Source: Macrostomum lignano (taxonomy: Eukaryota). Taken from it: DNA of 64,000 bases. The notes beneath the pieces are model-generated. The model was not told the DNA's origin and did not search any database. It saw only the letters and a program-made list of their open reading frames with translations. How positions within the stretch are numbered: the first letter of the stretch is position 1; each line of letters starts with the position of its first letter. The DNA is taken from NCBI GenBank assembly GCA_002269645.1, contig NIVC01000553.1:218554-282553 (forward strand), in the 5' to 3' direction. Positions 26,420 to 40,749 of the stretch are shown piece by piece. The translations under genes were made by a program, and so were the position numbers.

Positions 26420-27110
26420 AGAGAGTGATATTGGTAAAATGGAGACTGAGATTGATAGATTAGAAAGTGAGATAATTGAAGTAGAGATAGAGATAGATTG
26501 ATACAGTGGAGAGTGAGATATATAGATTAGACAGTGAGTTTGATAAACTAGAGAGTGGGACTGATAGATTAGAGAGTGAGATTGATAGTCTAGAGAGTGA
26601 GACTGATAGATTAGAGAGATTGATAGACTAGAGAGTGGGACTGGTAAGATTAGAGAGTGAGATTGATGGACTAGAGAGTGAGATTTATAGATTAGAGACT
26701 GAGATTGATAGACTAGAGAGTGAGATTGATAGATTAGAGACTGAGATTGATAGATTAGAGAGTGAGATTGATAGATTAGAGAGTGAGATTATTAAAGCGG
26801 AGATTGAGATTGATAGATTAGAGACTGAGATTGATAGATTAGAGAGTGAGATTGATAGATTAGAGAGTGAGATTATTAAAGCGGAGATTGAGATTGATAG
26901 AGTAGAGAGTGAGATAGATATATTACGAAAGGAAATTCGCTGCCACCAATCGAAGCTCGATAAGGTTAAAGAGTGAGATTGATATAGTACAGATTGTGAT
27001 TAATACTGGTAGATTAGAGAGATTGATAAATTGAGGATTGAGATTTATTGAGTAGATATTGAGATTGATTGATCCGACGTCGAGATGGATAGATAAAGAG
27101 TCATATTGAT
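26420..27110 (+). repeat. 21-bp minisatellite (GAGATTGATAGATTAGAGAGT)n; central part reads as heptad EIDRLES
   Basis: Direct; ORF 26635-26976. Confidence 0.85.
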
Positions 27111-27639
27111 AGATTACTGTCAATAAAAAATCATTTTTTTTGTATTGCCCGCGCAAGGAAGCAACTATTCCACTTTCTTGTTTTGTTGAAATATTCCCAT
27201 GGGGCCGACCAACATTGGAGAGTAGCTATAGTCCTCGGGGAAATAATTATTTCTTTTACTAACTAAAAATAGAACAGACCCGAGAGTTATGGTCCAATCC
27301 TGGATCCACTTAGCGAACGGCATTAGCCGGACTTAATGGTATCTAAAAATAACTCATCAATCTTTGTTGCTCAAAAATATTCTAAGGGATCTCAGCTCAG
27401 CTTAGCTGTCGCCCGCCTTGAGTCAGAGAAACAAATTAGCGGGTGGGTCCGTCAGCATCCCTAATTCGTCATCAATCAAAGGGGTGTTTTTGCCAGCACT
27501 GGGCATCTTTTGACTGTACGAGTGTGTTCTCTGCTAGCAGATATTTTTAGGCCTTTTAGATCTATTTTTGTAGGGCTAAGGGCTAAATTTCTACTTGCCT
27601 TCACTCTGCCTTCCTCTCCTTGTCTACCTCTGCCCCGTC

Positions 27640-27985
27640 TTTGTCTACCTCTCTCCTCTCTCACCCACTCTATTTGGCTACCTCTCTCCTCTCTCATCCA
27701 CTCTATTTGGCTACCTCTCTCCTCTCTCATCCACTCTATTTGTCTACCTCTCTCCTCTCTCATCCACTCTATTTGTCTACCTCTCTCCTCTCTCATCCAC
27801 TCTATTTGTCTACCTCTCTCCTCTCTCATCCACTCTATTTGTCTACCTCTCTCTTCTCTCATCCACTCTATTTGTCTACCTCTCTCTTCTCTCATCCACT
27901 CTATTTGTCTACCTCTCTCTTCTCTCATCCACTCTATTTGGCTACCTCTCTTCTCTCATCCACTCTATTTTTCTACCTCTCATCT
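27640..27985. repeat. 33-bp pyrimidine-rich minisatellite
   Basis: ctacctctctcctctctcatccactctatttgt repeated. Confidence 0.9.
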
Positions 27986-28089
27986 TTCTCTTGAAAACTA
28001 AAGTAATATTAGTAGTGCAATTAATAATGTTAGTTCCGTTATTTTCTGTCCCAATTTCCTTATACATAGTAGTTCAGTCAATGTGCATT

Positions 28090-28280
28090 TACACATTGAG
28101 ATAGGGTGAGATAAACACATTGAGATAGGGTGAGATAAACACACAGGATAGGGTGAGATAAACTCACGGGATAGGGTGAGATAAACTCACGGGATAGGGT
28201 GAGATAAACACACGGGATAGGGTGAGATAAACACACAGGATAGGGTGAGATAAACTCACGGGATAGGGTGAGATAAACAA
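28090..28280. repeat. 24-bp minisatellite (GGATAGGGTGAGATAAACACACAC-like)
   Basis: About 7 copies. Confidence 0.9.
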
Positions 28281-28844
28281 AATATTCTGCTATTTCGTAC
28301 CTACCGCTACTAGTAGGCTTTTCAGAACATTCAAACCCTAAATTAAACTTCTATGTAAAATTAGCAATTTCTTAGATGAGTGTTTAGTCTTTTGCTGAGC
28401 CATATAATATTATAAATCTGCGCAGATCTTAACCATCGGCAGTGGCACAGGAAGATTAATTTTGCAATGCACGCAGGTAATTAACAGGTGAAAATTTCAG
28501 TATATCGACAGATTTTAACAAAGCAGCCTTGTTTATGACTTGTTTTTTATGTGTTAAAAGTACACCCATAGGCGGCCCAGCTGCTGCTAAACAACATCTA
28601 ATTACAAAATGATGTTTTTTTGATTCGTTGAACTACCGGGGTCAGAGTCTGCCGCACAGCTTTTAACATCGATTGGAGGGCTTCACTTCTATGTGTTTTC
28701 CCTAACTCGAATCCTTACTGCCTGCTGCAGCTCCTGTGCTATACTCTCGTATCTGATGCTAATGGAATGAAGCGGAACAATCTATGCGTAAATTCAGTAC
28801 ACGTGTGTGTGTGTGTTCTATCTATCTTGCAACATTTTCTATTA

Positions 28845-28999
28845 ACCTACCTACCTACCTACCTACCTACCTACCTACCTACCTACCTACCTACCTACCT
28901 ACCTATCTACCTACCTACCTACCTACCTATACCTACCCATAGATACTGTCCTGTCTGTCTTAGTGTCTGTGTGTGTCTTAGTGTCTGTGTGTGTCTTAG

Positions 29000-29068
<69 letters not shown>

Positions 29069-29111
29069 GCCTGCCTGTCTGTCTGCCTGTCTGTCTGCCT
29101 GTCTGTCTGTG

Positions 29112-29142
<31 letters not shown>

Positions 29143-29155
29143 GTGTCTGTCTTAG

Positions 29156-29214
<59 letters not shown>

Positions 29215-29215
29215 G

Positions 29216-29280
<65 letters not shown>

Positions 29281-29283
29281 TAG

Positions 29284-29326
<43 letters not shown>

Positions 29327-29327
29327 G

Positions 29328-29388
<61 letters not shown>

Positions 29389-29391
29389 TAG

Positions 29392-29468
<77 letters not shown>

Positions 29469-29480
29469 GCCTGCCTGCTG
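28845..29480. repeat. (CTAC)n followed by (TCTG)n compound microsatellite
   Basis: Direct. Confidence 0.97.
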
Positions 29481-30049
29481 TCTGGAAAAGTTTCAAATAC
29501 CCCATCTAATTTTATTTGTTTTCGGTCCCACTCCCCAAATACGTGGGTGGGACCCAAGTGGGCAGGCTACATGGGTTAGCAACTATACTTTTACTGCAGA
29601 GCGATCCCAAAGTGCATAGGGTCGGACCCTGGGACCAGGGCAGGGGGAGAAATAAAGAAGCCTAAATGTTGTGTATGTGCGAGTATAAATAGAATTTCCC
29701 CATAGCAACTCCAGGGATCCGGGCATTGCAAGAGGAAAACGTAGACGAAAAAGTGCTTTGCGCAGTGCCGCTGTCTTTAAAGAAATCCGCTGCCGGAATC
29801 CCATGGTACCCCAAAGGGCGACAGGAAGGGTGTGGGAATGCAGGCAGGAGCCAGCGGCAGCGGCCTTGAAGAAAGAACTGACCAATGACTAGTGAATTGT
29901 CCTCCTTGATATGCTCACTGGCTAGTCACGTGAATTACCTTTGCCGATATTTGAAACTGGTTGAAACTGTTTTGTTCATATTGGATATGATAAATTATGC
30001 CTGTAGTCTCGAGTGAATGGGTGGGTGAATTTGTTAATGACTTGATAAG

Positions 30050-30245
30050 TGCATGAATGAGTGAGTAAGTGAGTGAGTGAGTGAATGAATAAGTGATTTA
30101 GTGAATGAGTGAATGAGTGAGTGAATGAGGGATTGAGTTAATGAATAAATGAGTGAGCGAGTGAGTGAATTAGTGAGTGAGTGGTTGAATGAGTGAGTTG
30201 ATAAGTTCATGAGTGATTGAGTTAGTGAGTGATTGAATCAGCGAG
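30050..30245. repeat. Degenerate (GAGT/GAAT)n
   Basis: Direct. Confidence 0.8.
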
Positions 30246-30611
30246 TCACATGTGACAGGCACAAAGTGAGTTCAACTGTGTGATTAACTTTATACATAGG
30301 GATTAACGTGAAATGATGAGAGAGATTCAGGCCAGACCTTTTGAATGTCAGACGTAGAAAAACCAGACAGACTAAAAACAGCAATTTCGCAGTAGAATGT
30401 GACATTTTCTCAACCGGCTACGATTAAGCCACAGAATAATGACTTAATGACTGAATTTTATCACAAATTTTCTATTCGTGGGAGCACAGAGAAAAACAGT
30501 AGGTCTCGGGCAATGTTATTTCAACTTCTCGATAGACAAAAATGACGTGTTGTTTGTATGTTTGTTTGTTATTTAGTATAAAAATCTTGAAAAGAGAAAA
30601 TTCGGAAATAA

Positions 30612-33510
30612 TTTCCGCTCTCCCCTCTCTCCTTTCCGCTCTCCTCTCTCTTTTCCGCTCTCCCCTCTCTCCTTTCCGCTCTCCCCTCTCTCCCTTCCGC
30701 TCTCCCCTCTCTCCTTTCCGCTCTCCCCTCTCTCCTTTCCGCTCTCCCCTCTCTCTTTTCCGCTCTTCCCTCTCTCCTTTCCGCTCTCCTCTCTCTCCTT
30801 TCCGCTCTTCCCTCTCTCCTTTCCGCTCTTCCCTCTCTCCTTTCCGCTCTTCCCTCTCTCCTTTCCGCTTTCCCCCCTAACTTCCATTCCGCTCTCGCCT
30901 CTCTCCTTTCCGCTCTCCCCTCTCTCCATTCCGCTCTCCTCTCTCTCCTTTCCGCTCTCCCCTCTCTCCCTTCCGCTCTCCCCTCTCTCCATTCCGCTCT
31001 CCCCTCTCTCCTTTCCGCTCTCTTCTCGCTCCATTCCGCTCTCCCCTCTCTCATTTCCGCTCTCCCCGCTCTCCTTTCCGCTCTCTTCTCGCTCCATTCC
31101 GCTCTCCTCTCTCTCATTTCCGCTCTCCCCGCTCTCCTTTCCACTCTCCCCTCTCTCCTTTCCGCTCTCCTCTCTCCATTCCGCTCTCCCCTCTCTCCTT
31201 TCCGCTCTCCCCTCTCTCCTTTCCGCTCTCCCCTCTCTCCTTTCCGCTCTCCCCTCTCTCCTTTCCGCTCTCCTCTCTCTTTTCCGCTCTCCCCTCTCTC
31301 CTTTCCGCTCTCCCCTCTCTCCATTCCGCTCTCCTCTCTCTTTTCCGCTCTCCCCTCTCTCCCTTCCGCTCTCCCCTCTCTCCTTTCCGCTCTCCCCTCT
31401 CTCCATTCCGCTCTCCTCTCTCCTTTCCGCTCTCCCCTCTCTCCTTTCCGCTCTCCCCTCTCTCCATTCCGCTCTCGCCTCTCTCCTTTCCGCTCTCCCC
31501 TCTCTCCATTCCGCTCTCCTCTCTCTCCTTTCCGCTCTCCCCTCTCTCCCTTCCGCTCTCCCCTCTCTCCATTCCGCTCTCCCCTCTCTCCTTTCCGCTC
31601 TCTTCTCGCTCCATTCCGCTCTCCCCTCTCTCATTTCCGCTCTCCCCGCTCTCCTTTCCGCTCTCTTCTCGCTCCATTCCGCTCTCCCCTCTCTCATTTC
31701 CGCTCTCCCCGCTCTCCTTTCCACTCTCCCCTCTCTCCTTTCCGCTCTCCTCTCTCCATTCCGCTCTCCCCTCTCTCCTTTCCGCTCTCCCCTCTCTCCT
31801 TTCCGCTCTCCCCTCTCTCCTTTCCGCTCTTCCCTCTCTCCTTTCCGCTCTCGCCTCTCTCCTTTCCGCTCTCCTCTCTCTTTTCCGCTCTCCCCTCTCT
31901 CCTTTCCGCTCTCCCCTCTCTCCCTTCCGCTCTCCCCTCTCTCCTTTCCGCTCTCCCCTCTCTCCTTTCCGCTCTTCCCTCTCTCCATTCCGCTCTCCTC
32001 TCTCTTTTCCGCTCTCCCCTCTCTCCTTTCCGCTCTCCCCTCTCTCCATTCCGCTCTCCTCTCTCTTTTCCGCTCTCCCCTCTCTCCCTTCCGCTCTCCC
32101 CTCTCTCCTTTCCGCTCTCCCCTCTCTCCATTCCGCTCTCCTCTCTCCTTTCCGCTCTCCCTCTCTCCTTTCCGCTCTCCCCTCTCTCCATTCCGCTCTC
32201 GCCTCTCTCCTTTCCGCTCTCCCTCTCTCCATTCCGCTCTCCTCTCTCTCCTTTCCGCTCTCCCCTCTCTCCCTTCCGCTCTCCCCTCTCTCCATTCCGC
32301 TCTCCCCTCTCTCCTTTCCGCTCTCTTCTCGCTCCATTCCGCTCTCCCCTCTCTCATTTCCGCTCTCCCCGCTCTCCTTTCCGCTCTCTTCTCGCTCCAT
32401 TCCGCTCTCCCCTCTCTCATTTCCGCTCTCCCCGCTCTCCTTTCCACTCTCCCCTCTCTCCTTTCCGCTCTCCTCTCTCCATTCCGCTCTCCCTCTCTCC
32501 TTTCCGCTCTCCCCTCTCTCCTTTCCGCTCTCCCTCTCTCCTTTCCGCTCTTCCCTCTCTCCTTTCCGCTCTCGCCTCTCTCCTTTCCGCTCTCCTCTCT
32601 CTTTTCCGCTCTCCCCTCTCTCCTTTCCGCTCTCCCCTCTCTCCCTTCCGCTCTCCCCTCTCTCCTTTCCGCTCTCCCCTCTCTCCTTTCCGCTCTTCCC
32701 TCTCTCCATTCCGCTCTCCCCTCTCTCCTTTCCGCTCTCCCCTCTCTCCTTTCCGCTCTCCCCTCTCTCCTTTCCGCTCTTCCCTCTCTCCATTCCGCTC
32801 TCCCTCTCTCCTTTCCGCTCTCCCCTCTCTCCTTTCCGCTCTCCCCTCTCTCCTTTCCGCTCTTCCCTCTCTCCATTCCGCTCTCCCCTCTCTCCTTTCC
32901 GCTCTCCCCTCTCTCCTTTCCGCTCTCCCCTCTCTCCTTTCCGCTCTTCCCTCTCTCCATTCCGCTCTCCCCTCTCTCCTTTCCGCTCTCCCCTCTCTCC
33001 TTTCCGCTCTCCCCTCTCTCTTTTCCGCTCTCCCCTCTCTCCCTTCCGCTCTCCCCTCTCTCCTTTCCGCTCTCCCCTCTCTCCATTCCGCTCTCCTCTC
33101 TCCTTTCCGCTCTCCCCTCTCTCCTTTCCGCTCTCCCCTCTCTCCTTTCCGCTCTCCCCTCTCTCCATTCCGCTCTCCCCTCTCTCCTTTCCGCTCTCCT
33201 CTCTCCATTCCGCTCTCCCCTCTCTCCATTCCGCTCTCCCCTCTCTCTTTTCCGCTCTCCCCTCTCTCATTTCCGCTCTCCCCTCTCTCCCTTCCGCTCT
33301 CCCCTCTCTCCTTTCCGCTCTCCCCTCTCTCCCTTCCGCTCTCCCCTCTCTCCTTTCCGCTCTCCCCTCTCTCCATTCCGCTCTCCTCTCTCCTTTCCGC
33401 TCTCCCCTCTCTCCTTTCCGCTCTCCCCTCTCTCATTTCCGCTCTCCCCTCTCTCCATTCCGCTCTCCCCTCTCTCATTTCCGCTCTCCCTACTCTTCCT
33501 ACTCTCCCTT
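30612..33510. repeat. 21-bp pyrimidine minisatellite (CCGCTCTCCCCTCTCTCCTTT)n, about 2.9 kb
   Basis: Direct. Confidence 0.97.
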
Positions 33511-34104
33511 CTACTCTCGAAAAGTTCTTGTGCACTTACAACCTGCAATGTATTCTATAAGCCAAGTGACTGGTTTTCTTTACTGTTTGGCCCCAGTCAA
33601 CAAAGCATAGCAGAAAGCAGTGGAAAATGCTTATTGTGTAATTTCTGTGTCTGAGAGATTTCTCTACTGTCTTCAAATTTGCTAGCAGGCAAACAATGTT
33701 TAACTGCGCGTTTCCCACTTTTTTTCCTTTTTCTTCGCTTCGTTGCTTCTTTGGCTTTTGAGCGGCCCATACGTAATAGTAAATTTGTGCTACTTAATAC
33801 TGACTATATTATTTGGCTTGCCAGGAGCGGTGCTTGTCTATCTGGTGCGAGCGAATTAAACGCTATTAGTAGCCGATGTACAAAGTGCAGAGTACAGAGA
33901 GTCACGTGTTTGCCCATGCGCTCTGTCGTATGCTGGGTAGTGTCCGTTGGAGATGCGCTATGAAGCTGCCCTATCTTATATATTTCAGCCGCGATCCCCC
34001 AAGCAAGTTTGAGTTTGGCGTTGAATACTCGCGCTTGACTAATGCCTGACTCCTTTTCAGTCTAGTGCTTCTGACAACCTACGAGCGTACCTTGTCTTCT
34101 TCAA

Positions 34105-35655
34105 ACTGTCTCTCCTTCTTCTCCCTCCTCTCCCTCTTCTCCCTCTCCCTCTCCTTCTTCCTCTTCTCCCTCTCCTTCTCCTTCTTCCTCTTCTCCCTCT
34201 CCTTCTCCTTCTTCCTCTTCTCCCTCTCCCTCTCCTTCTTCCTCTTCTCCCTCTCCCTCTCCTTCTCCTTCTTCCTCTTCTCCCTCTCCTTCTCCTTCTT
34301 CCTCTTCTCCCTCCTCTCCCTCTCCTTCTCCTTCTCCCTCTCCTTCTTCCTCTTCTCCCTCCTCTCCCTCTCCTTCTTCCTCTTCTCCCTCTCCTTCTCC
34401 TTCTTCCTCTTCTCCCTCTCCTTCTCCTTCTTCCTCTTCTCCCTCCTCTCCCTCTCCTTCTCCTTCTCCCTCTCCTTCTTCCTCTTCTCCCTCCTCTCCC
34501 TCTCCTTCTTCCTCTTCTCCCTCCTCTCCCTCTCCTTCTTCTCCCTCTCCCCCTCCTTCTTCCTCTTCTCCCTCTCCCTCTCCTTCTTCCTCTTCTCCCT
34601 CCTCTCCCTCTCCTTCTTCCTCTTCTCCCTCTCCCTCTCCTTCTTCCTCTTCTCCCTCCTCTCCCTCTCCTTCTTCCTCTTCTCCCTCCTCTCCCTCTCC
34701 TTCTTCCTCTTCTCCCTCCTCTCCCTCTCCTTCTTCCTCTTCTCCCTCCTCTCCCTCTTCCTCTTCTCCCTCTCCCTCTCCTTCTTCCTCTTCTCCCTCT
34801 CCCCCTCCCTCTTCCTCTTCTCCCTCTCCCTCTCCTTCTTCCTCTTCTCCCTCTCCCTCTCCTTCTTCCTCTTCTCCCTCTCCCTCTCCTTCTTCCTCTT
34901 CTCCCTCTCCCTCTCCTTCTTCCTCTTCTCCCTCCTCTCCCTCTCCTTCTCCCTCTTCTCCCTCCTCTCCCTCTCCTTCTTCCTCTTCTCCCTCCTCTCC
35001 CTCTCCTTCTCCCTCTTCTCCCTCCTCTCCCTCTCCTCTTCCCCTCTCCCTCTCTCCCTCTTCTCCCTCCTCTCCCTCTCCTTCTTCCTCTTCTCCCTCC
35101 TCTCCCTCTCTTTCTTCTCCCTCTCCCTCTCCTTCTTCCTCTTCTCCCTCTCCTTCTCCTTCTTCCTCTTCTCCCTCCTCTCCCTCTCCTTCTCCTTCTC
35201 CCTCTTCTCCCTCCTCTCCCTCTCCTTCTTCCTCTTCTCCCTCCTCTCCCTCTCTTTCTTCTCCCTCTCCCTCTCCTTCTTCCTCTTCTCCCTCTCCCTC
35301 TCCTTCTTCCTCTTCTCCCTCCTCTCCCTCTCTTTCTTCTCCCTCTCCCTCTCCTTCTTCCTCTTCTCCCTCTCCTTCTCCTTCTTCCTCTTCTCCCTCC
35401 TCTCCCTCTCCTTCTCCTTCTCCCTCTTCTCCCTCCTCTCCCTCTCCTTCTTCCTCTTCTCCCTCCTCTCCCTCTCTTTCTTCTCCCTCTCCCTCTTCTT
35501 CTTCCTCTTCTCCCTCTCCCTCTCCTTCTTCCTCTTCTCCCTCCTCTCCCTCTCTTTCTTCTCCCTCTCCCTCTCCTTCTTCCTCTTCTCCCTCTCCCTC
35601 TCCTTCTTCCTCTTCTCCCTCTCCCTCTCCTTCTTCCTCTTCTCCATCTCCCTCT

Positions 35656-35754
<99 letters not shown>

Positions 35755-35790
35755 TTCTCTCTTTCGCTCCCTCCTCTTTTCCTCTCTCTG
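34105..35790. repeat. C/T-only low-complexity tract ending in (CT)n
   Basis: Direct. Confidence 0.97.
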
Positions 35791-36479
35791 TTAATTTACC
35801 TTTCTCGCTAACCCCCCTCCAGTTTAACGAGCTACTTGTTGGTAAAACTTCCCTCCCCCTTCCTACCTCACAGACCATCATCTGCTTACCTCTCTCGGTA
35901 GACACGAATAATTCAATCGCATTAACAATCTATCTGCCTACTATCAGTGTCCCCTTCCTTTCTGCTCAATTCTCTCAGCACCTGCATATGTGTTCCGCCT
36001 GTACAGTTGACAATGCATCTCCCCTTTTGCCTTCCTCCACAGGCAACTGCAAATACAGGCAGGCATTGCCATTGGGGGTGGGAGAGGAGAGAGAGAGACC
36101 TTTGGCCTTGAGGAGGAGTGAGTGAGGGGGAGAGGGGCTTCTGGCCCACTAAAATTGTTTTGCGTGGGAGAGAACGGGCAGGAGAGGAGAGGTGGCTGAG
36201 GCCAAGGGTAATCTATAAATGTGCAGCGAATACCATATATATATATGTATAGTAAGGCCTTCAGGTCATGAACTGTCGTTTTCCTAAATCTGTGTGCGTT
36301 TATTGCGCCAGCTAGCATGTGACTGCAGTTGTGCATGGTTAGCATTAAACTAATTGCTATTTTTAAACGTTTGAATTTTTGCATTCTGATCAATTGGTTC
36401 CTTCTGTGAGACACTTCTAATGGTAAGCTTTGACATTTTATCTACTTATAGTTCACTATCTCTTCTCATCCACTCTACC

Positions 36480-37560
<1,081 letters not shown>

Positions 37561-38299
37561 ATATATATATATCTCTATTCCTGCCTCTCTGTCACTCTCC
37601 CCGGCCCTATCTTTTTGTCTCCCTCTCAGTTACTAGTTAATCCTTCAGCTCATTTACCCATCTCATTTATCGATCTGTTTTCTTCGCTAATAGTATCATC
37701 GTACAGTGTACCCTCTTTCTCAACTTTGCGGTGCCGCACCCATGCAAAATATCCTAAATATAGAACAGCAGCACGGCAAAATAAGTCTCAATTCAAGCGC
37801 ATATTTCAAATAAACTGCTAAACAGCCGAAGAGCCTCACAGGCCTCCTTAAGTTGTTTTTGTATATTTGCACTTTTCTGAACTAGCATTTTTGAATTGGT
37901 TCTCAACATACATTCTAGATTGACGCTCAGTTGAGCATTTTATTGAGGACTTAATGTTGACTGACTCAACCTCAGCTGCAATGCAAATATTTGGCTAATC
38001 GCGTATGCATATTGAATCAAGCAGCCTTATAGTTATAGTCAGTGGTTATTTGGTAACTGAATTAATTTTCCAACCAGTTCAGTCAAGGCCCAAATTTATG
38101 ACCTTGGAACCAATTTATGGATAGCTAGTTAAGTCTAAAATCTTGGCTATATACGTATATATTAGTCATGCATCTGTATTTTTTAAAATGATTTCCGCAT
38201 TTTGCAATTCTTTTTATTTTATTACCGTACATCGTAAAAGAAAATGTGCTAGATTATGTGCTAGATGTGCTAGATAATTTGGGGCTTGTGTAATACCCC

Positions 38300-40125
38300 C
38301 CCGTGAGCCTTGACATCTCAGTAATTCCTCCGGTGAGCCTTGACATCTCAGTAATTCCCCCGGTGAGCCTTGACATCTCAGAAATTCCCCCGGTGAGCCT
38401 TGACATCTCAGAAATTCCCCCGGTGAGCCTTGACATCTCAGAAATTCCCCCGGTGAGCCTTGACATCTCAGTAATTCCCCCGGTGAGCCTTGACATCTCA
38501 GAAATTCCCCTGGTGAGCCTTGACATCTCAGAAATTCCCCCGGTGAGCTTTGACATCTCAGAAATTCCCCCGGTGAGCCTTGACATCTCAGTAATTCCCC
38601 CGGTGAGCCTTGACATCTCAGAAATTCCCCCGGTGAGCCTTGACATCTCAGAAATTCCCCCGGTGAGCCTTGACATCTCAGAAATTCCCCCGGTGAGCCT
38701 TGACATCTCAGAAATTCCCCCGGTGAGCTTTGACATCTCAGAAATTCCCCCGGTGAGCCTTGACATCTCAGAAATTCCTCCGGTGAGCCTTGACATCTCA
38801 GAAATTCCCCTGGTGAGCCTTGACATCTCAGAAATTCCCTTGGTGAGCCTTGAAATCTCAGAAATTCCCCTGGTGAGCCTTGACATCTCAGAAATTCCCC
38901 CGGTGAGCCTTGACATCTCAGAAATTCCCCTGGTGAGCCTTGACATCTCAGAAATTCCCCTGGTGAGCCTTGACATCTCAGAAATTCCCTTGGTGAGCCT
39001 TGAAATCTCAGAAATTCCCCTGGTGAGCCTTGACATCTCAGAAATTCCCCCGGTGAGCCTTGACATCTCAGAAATTCCCCCGGTGAGCCTTGACATCTCA
39101 GAAATTCCTCCGGTGAGCCTTGACATCTCAGAAATTCCCCTGGTGAGCCTTGACATCTCAGAAATTCCCCTGGTGAGCCTTGACATCTCAGAAATTCCCT
39201 TGGTGAGCCTTGAAATCTCAGAAATTCCCCTGGTGAGCCTTGACATCTCAGAAATTCCCCCGGTGAGCCTTGACATCTCAGAAATTCCTCCGGTGAGCCT
39301 TGACATCTCAGAAATTCCTCCGGTGAGCCTTGACATCTCAGAAATTCCTCCGGTGAGCCTTGACATCTCAGAAATTCCCCTGGTGAGCCTTGACATCTCA
39401 GAAATTCCCTTGGTGAGCCTTGAAATCTCAGAAATTCCCCCGGTGAGCCTTGACATCTCAGAAATTCCCCCGGTGAGCCTTGACATCTCAGAAATTCCCC
39501 CGGTGAGCCTTGACATCTCAGAAATTCCCCCGGTGAGCCTTGACATCTCAGTAATTCCCCCGGTGAGCCTTGACATCTCAGTAATTCCTCCGGTGAGCCT
39601 TGACATCTCAGAAATTCCCCCGGTGAGCCTTGACATCTCAGAAATTCCTCCGGTGAGCCTTGACATCTCAGTAATTCCCCTGGTGAGCCTTGACATCTCA
39701 GCAATTCCCCCAGTAAGCCATGACATCTCAGAAATTCCCCCAGTAAGCCTTGACATCTCAGAAATTCCCCCGGTGAGCCTTGACATCTCAGTAATTCCCC
39801 CGGTGACCCTTGACATCTCAGTAATTCCCCCGGTGAGCCTTGACATCTCAGTAATTCCCCCGGTGAGCCTTGACATCTCAGAAATTCCCCTGGTGAGCCT
39901 TGACATCTCAGAAATTCCCCCGGTGAGCCTTGACATCTCAGTAATTCCCCCGGTGAGCCTTGACATCTCAGTAATTCCCCCGGTGAGCCTTGACATCTCA
40001 GAAATTCCCCTGGTGAGCCTTGACATCTCAGAAATTCCCCCGGTGAGCCTTGACATCTCAGTAATTCCCCCGGTGAGCCTTGACATCTCAGTAATTCCCC
40101 CGGTGAGCCTTGACATCTCAGTAAT
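38300..40125. repeat. 30-bp satellite (CTTGACATCTCAGAAATTCCCCCGGTGAGC)n, about 60 copies
   Basis: Direct; same family as 3808-3965, 5387-5426 and 44040-44700. Confidence 0.98.
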
Positions 40126-40749
40126 AAGCCATGGTGCCCGCAGCCCTCCTGCGAATCCTATATACTAAAAATGGTCTGTCTGTGTCTATGTGATCGATTA
40201 GAGAAAAAATGGCTGGACCGATTTTGTTCGAACTTGCACTGTTCGATCAGAAATTTTCCCGTGACGGTACATGCATCGTGGCTAAGAAATTGCTCGATGC
40301 TAAAGGCATTAAATATTCGAAAAACATGCTTTTTTGCAAAGGTCAAGCAAACTTTTCGACTTGAAATGCATTGTAAGAATGCTAGAGAAAAAACTGACTG
40401 GTTGAATTCTGATTCTGAAATAGATTGCATCATAACTGAATTGTAACTCAGTGTGGAAGCGTAGCACCAGACTTGATTTAAATTGCGTAACCATATTGTT
40501 AACTGATACTGACTGACTGAGAAACTGATTATGTCATAACTGCTTCGTGTAATTTACTCTATGCTTGGATTTTAAAGTGTTGAATTATATAAGTGCAAAA
40601 TTTGATGTTATCAAAACGATGAGAGCTAGCCTAGAGGTGAACAAACTGAACTGCTAAATGCAGTTTGGTTCGAATTGGTTCGAATTTTCATAGAGTATAA
40701 TTTTTTTAATTAAAGCTTTTCAACATCAGGAAAACTAAAAGACTTTTTA

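Noticed and set aside
29560-29890. GC-richer island after the TCTG array as an exon or small element
   Set aside because: No recognisable protein motif, termini or second copy in the window
38214-40168. 500-620-aa ORFs on the 30-bp array
   Set aside because: The unit length is a multiple of 3 and lacks stops; open on both strands; satellite DNA
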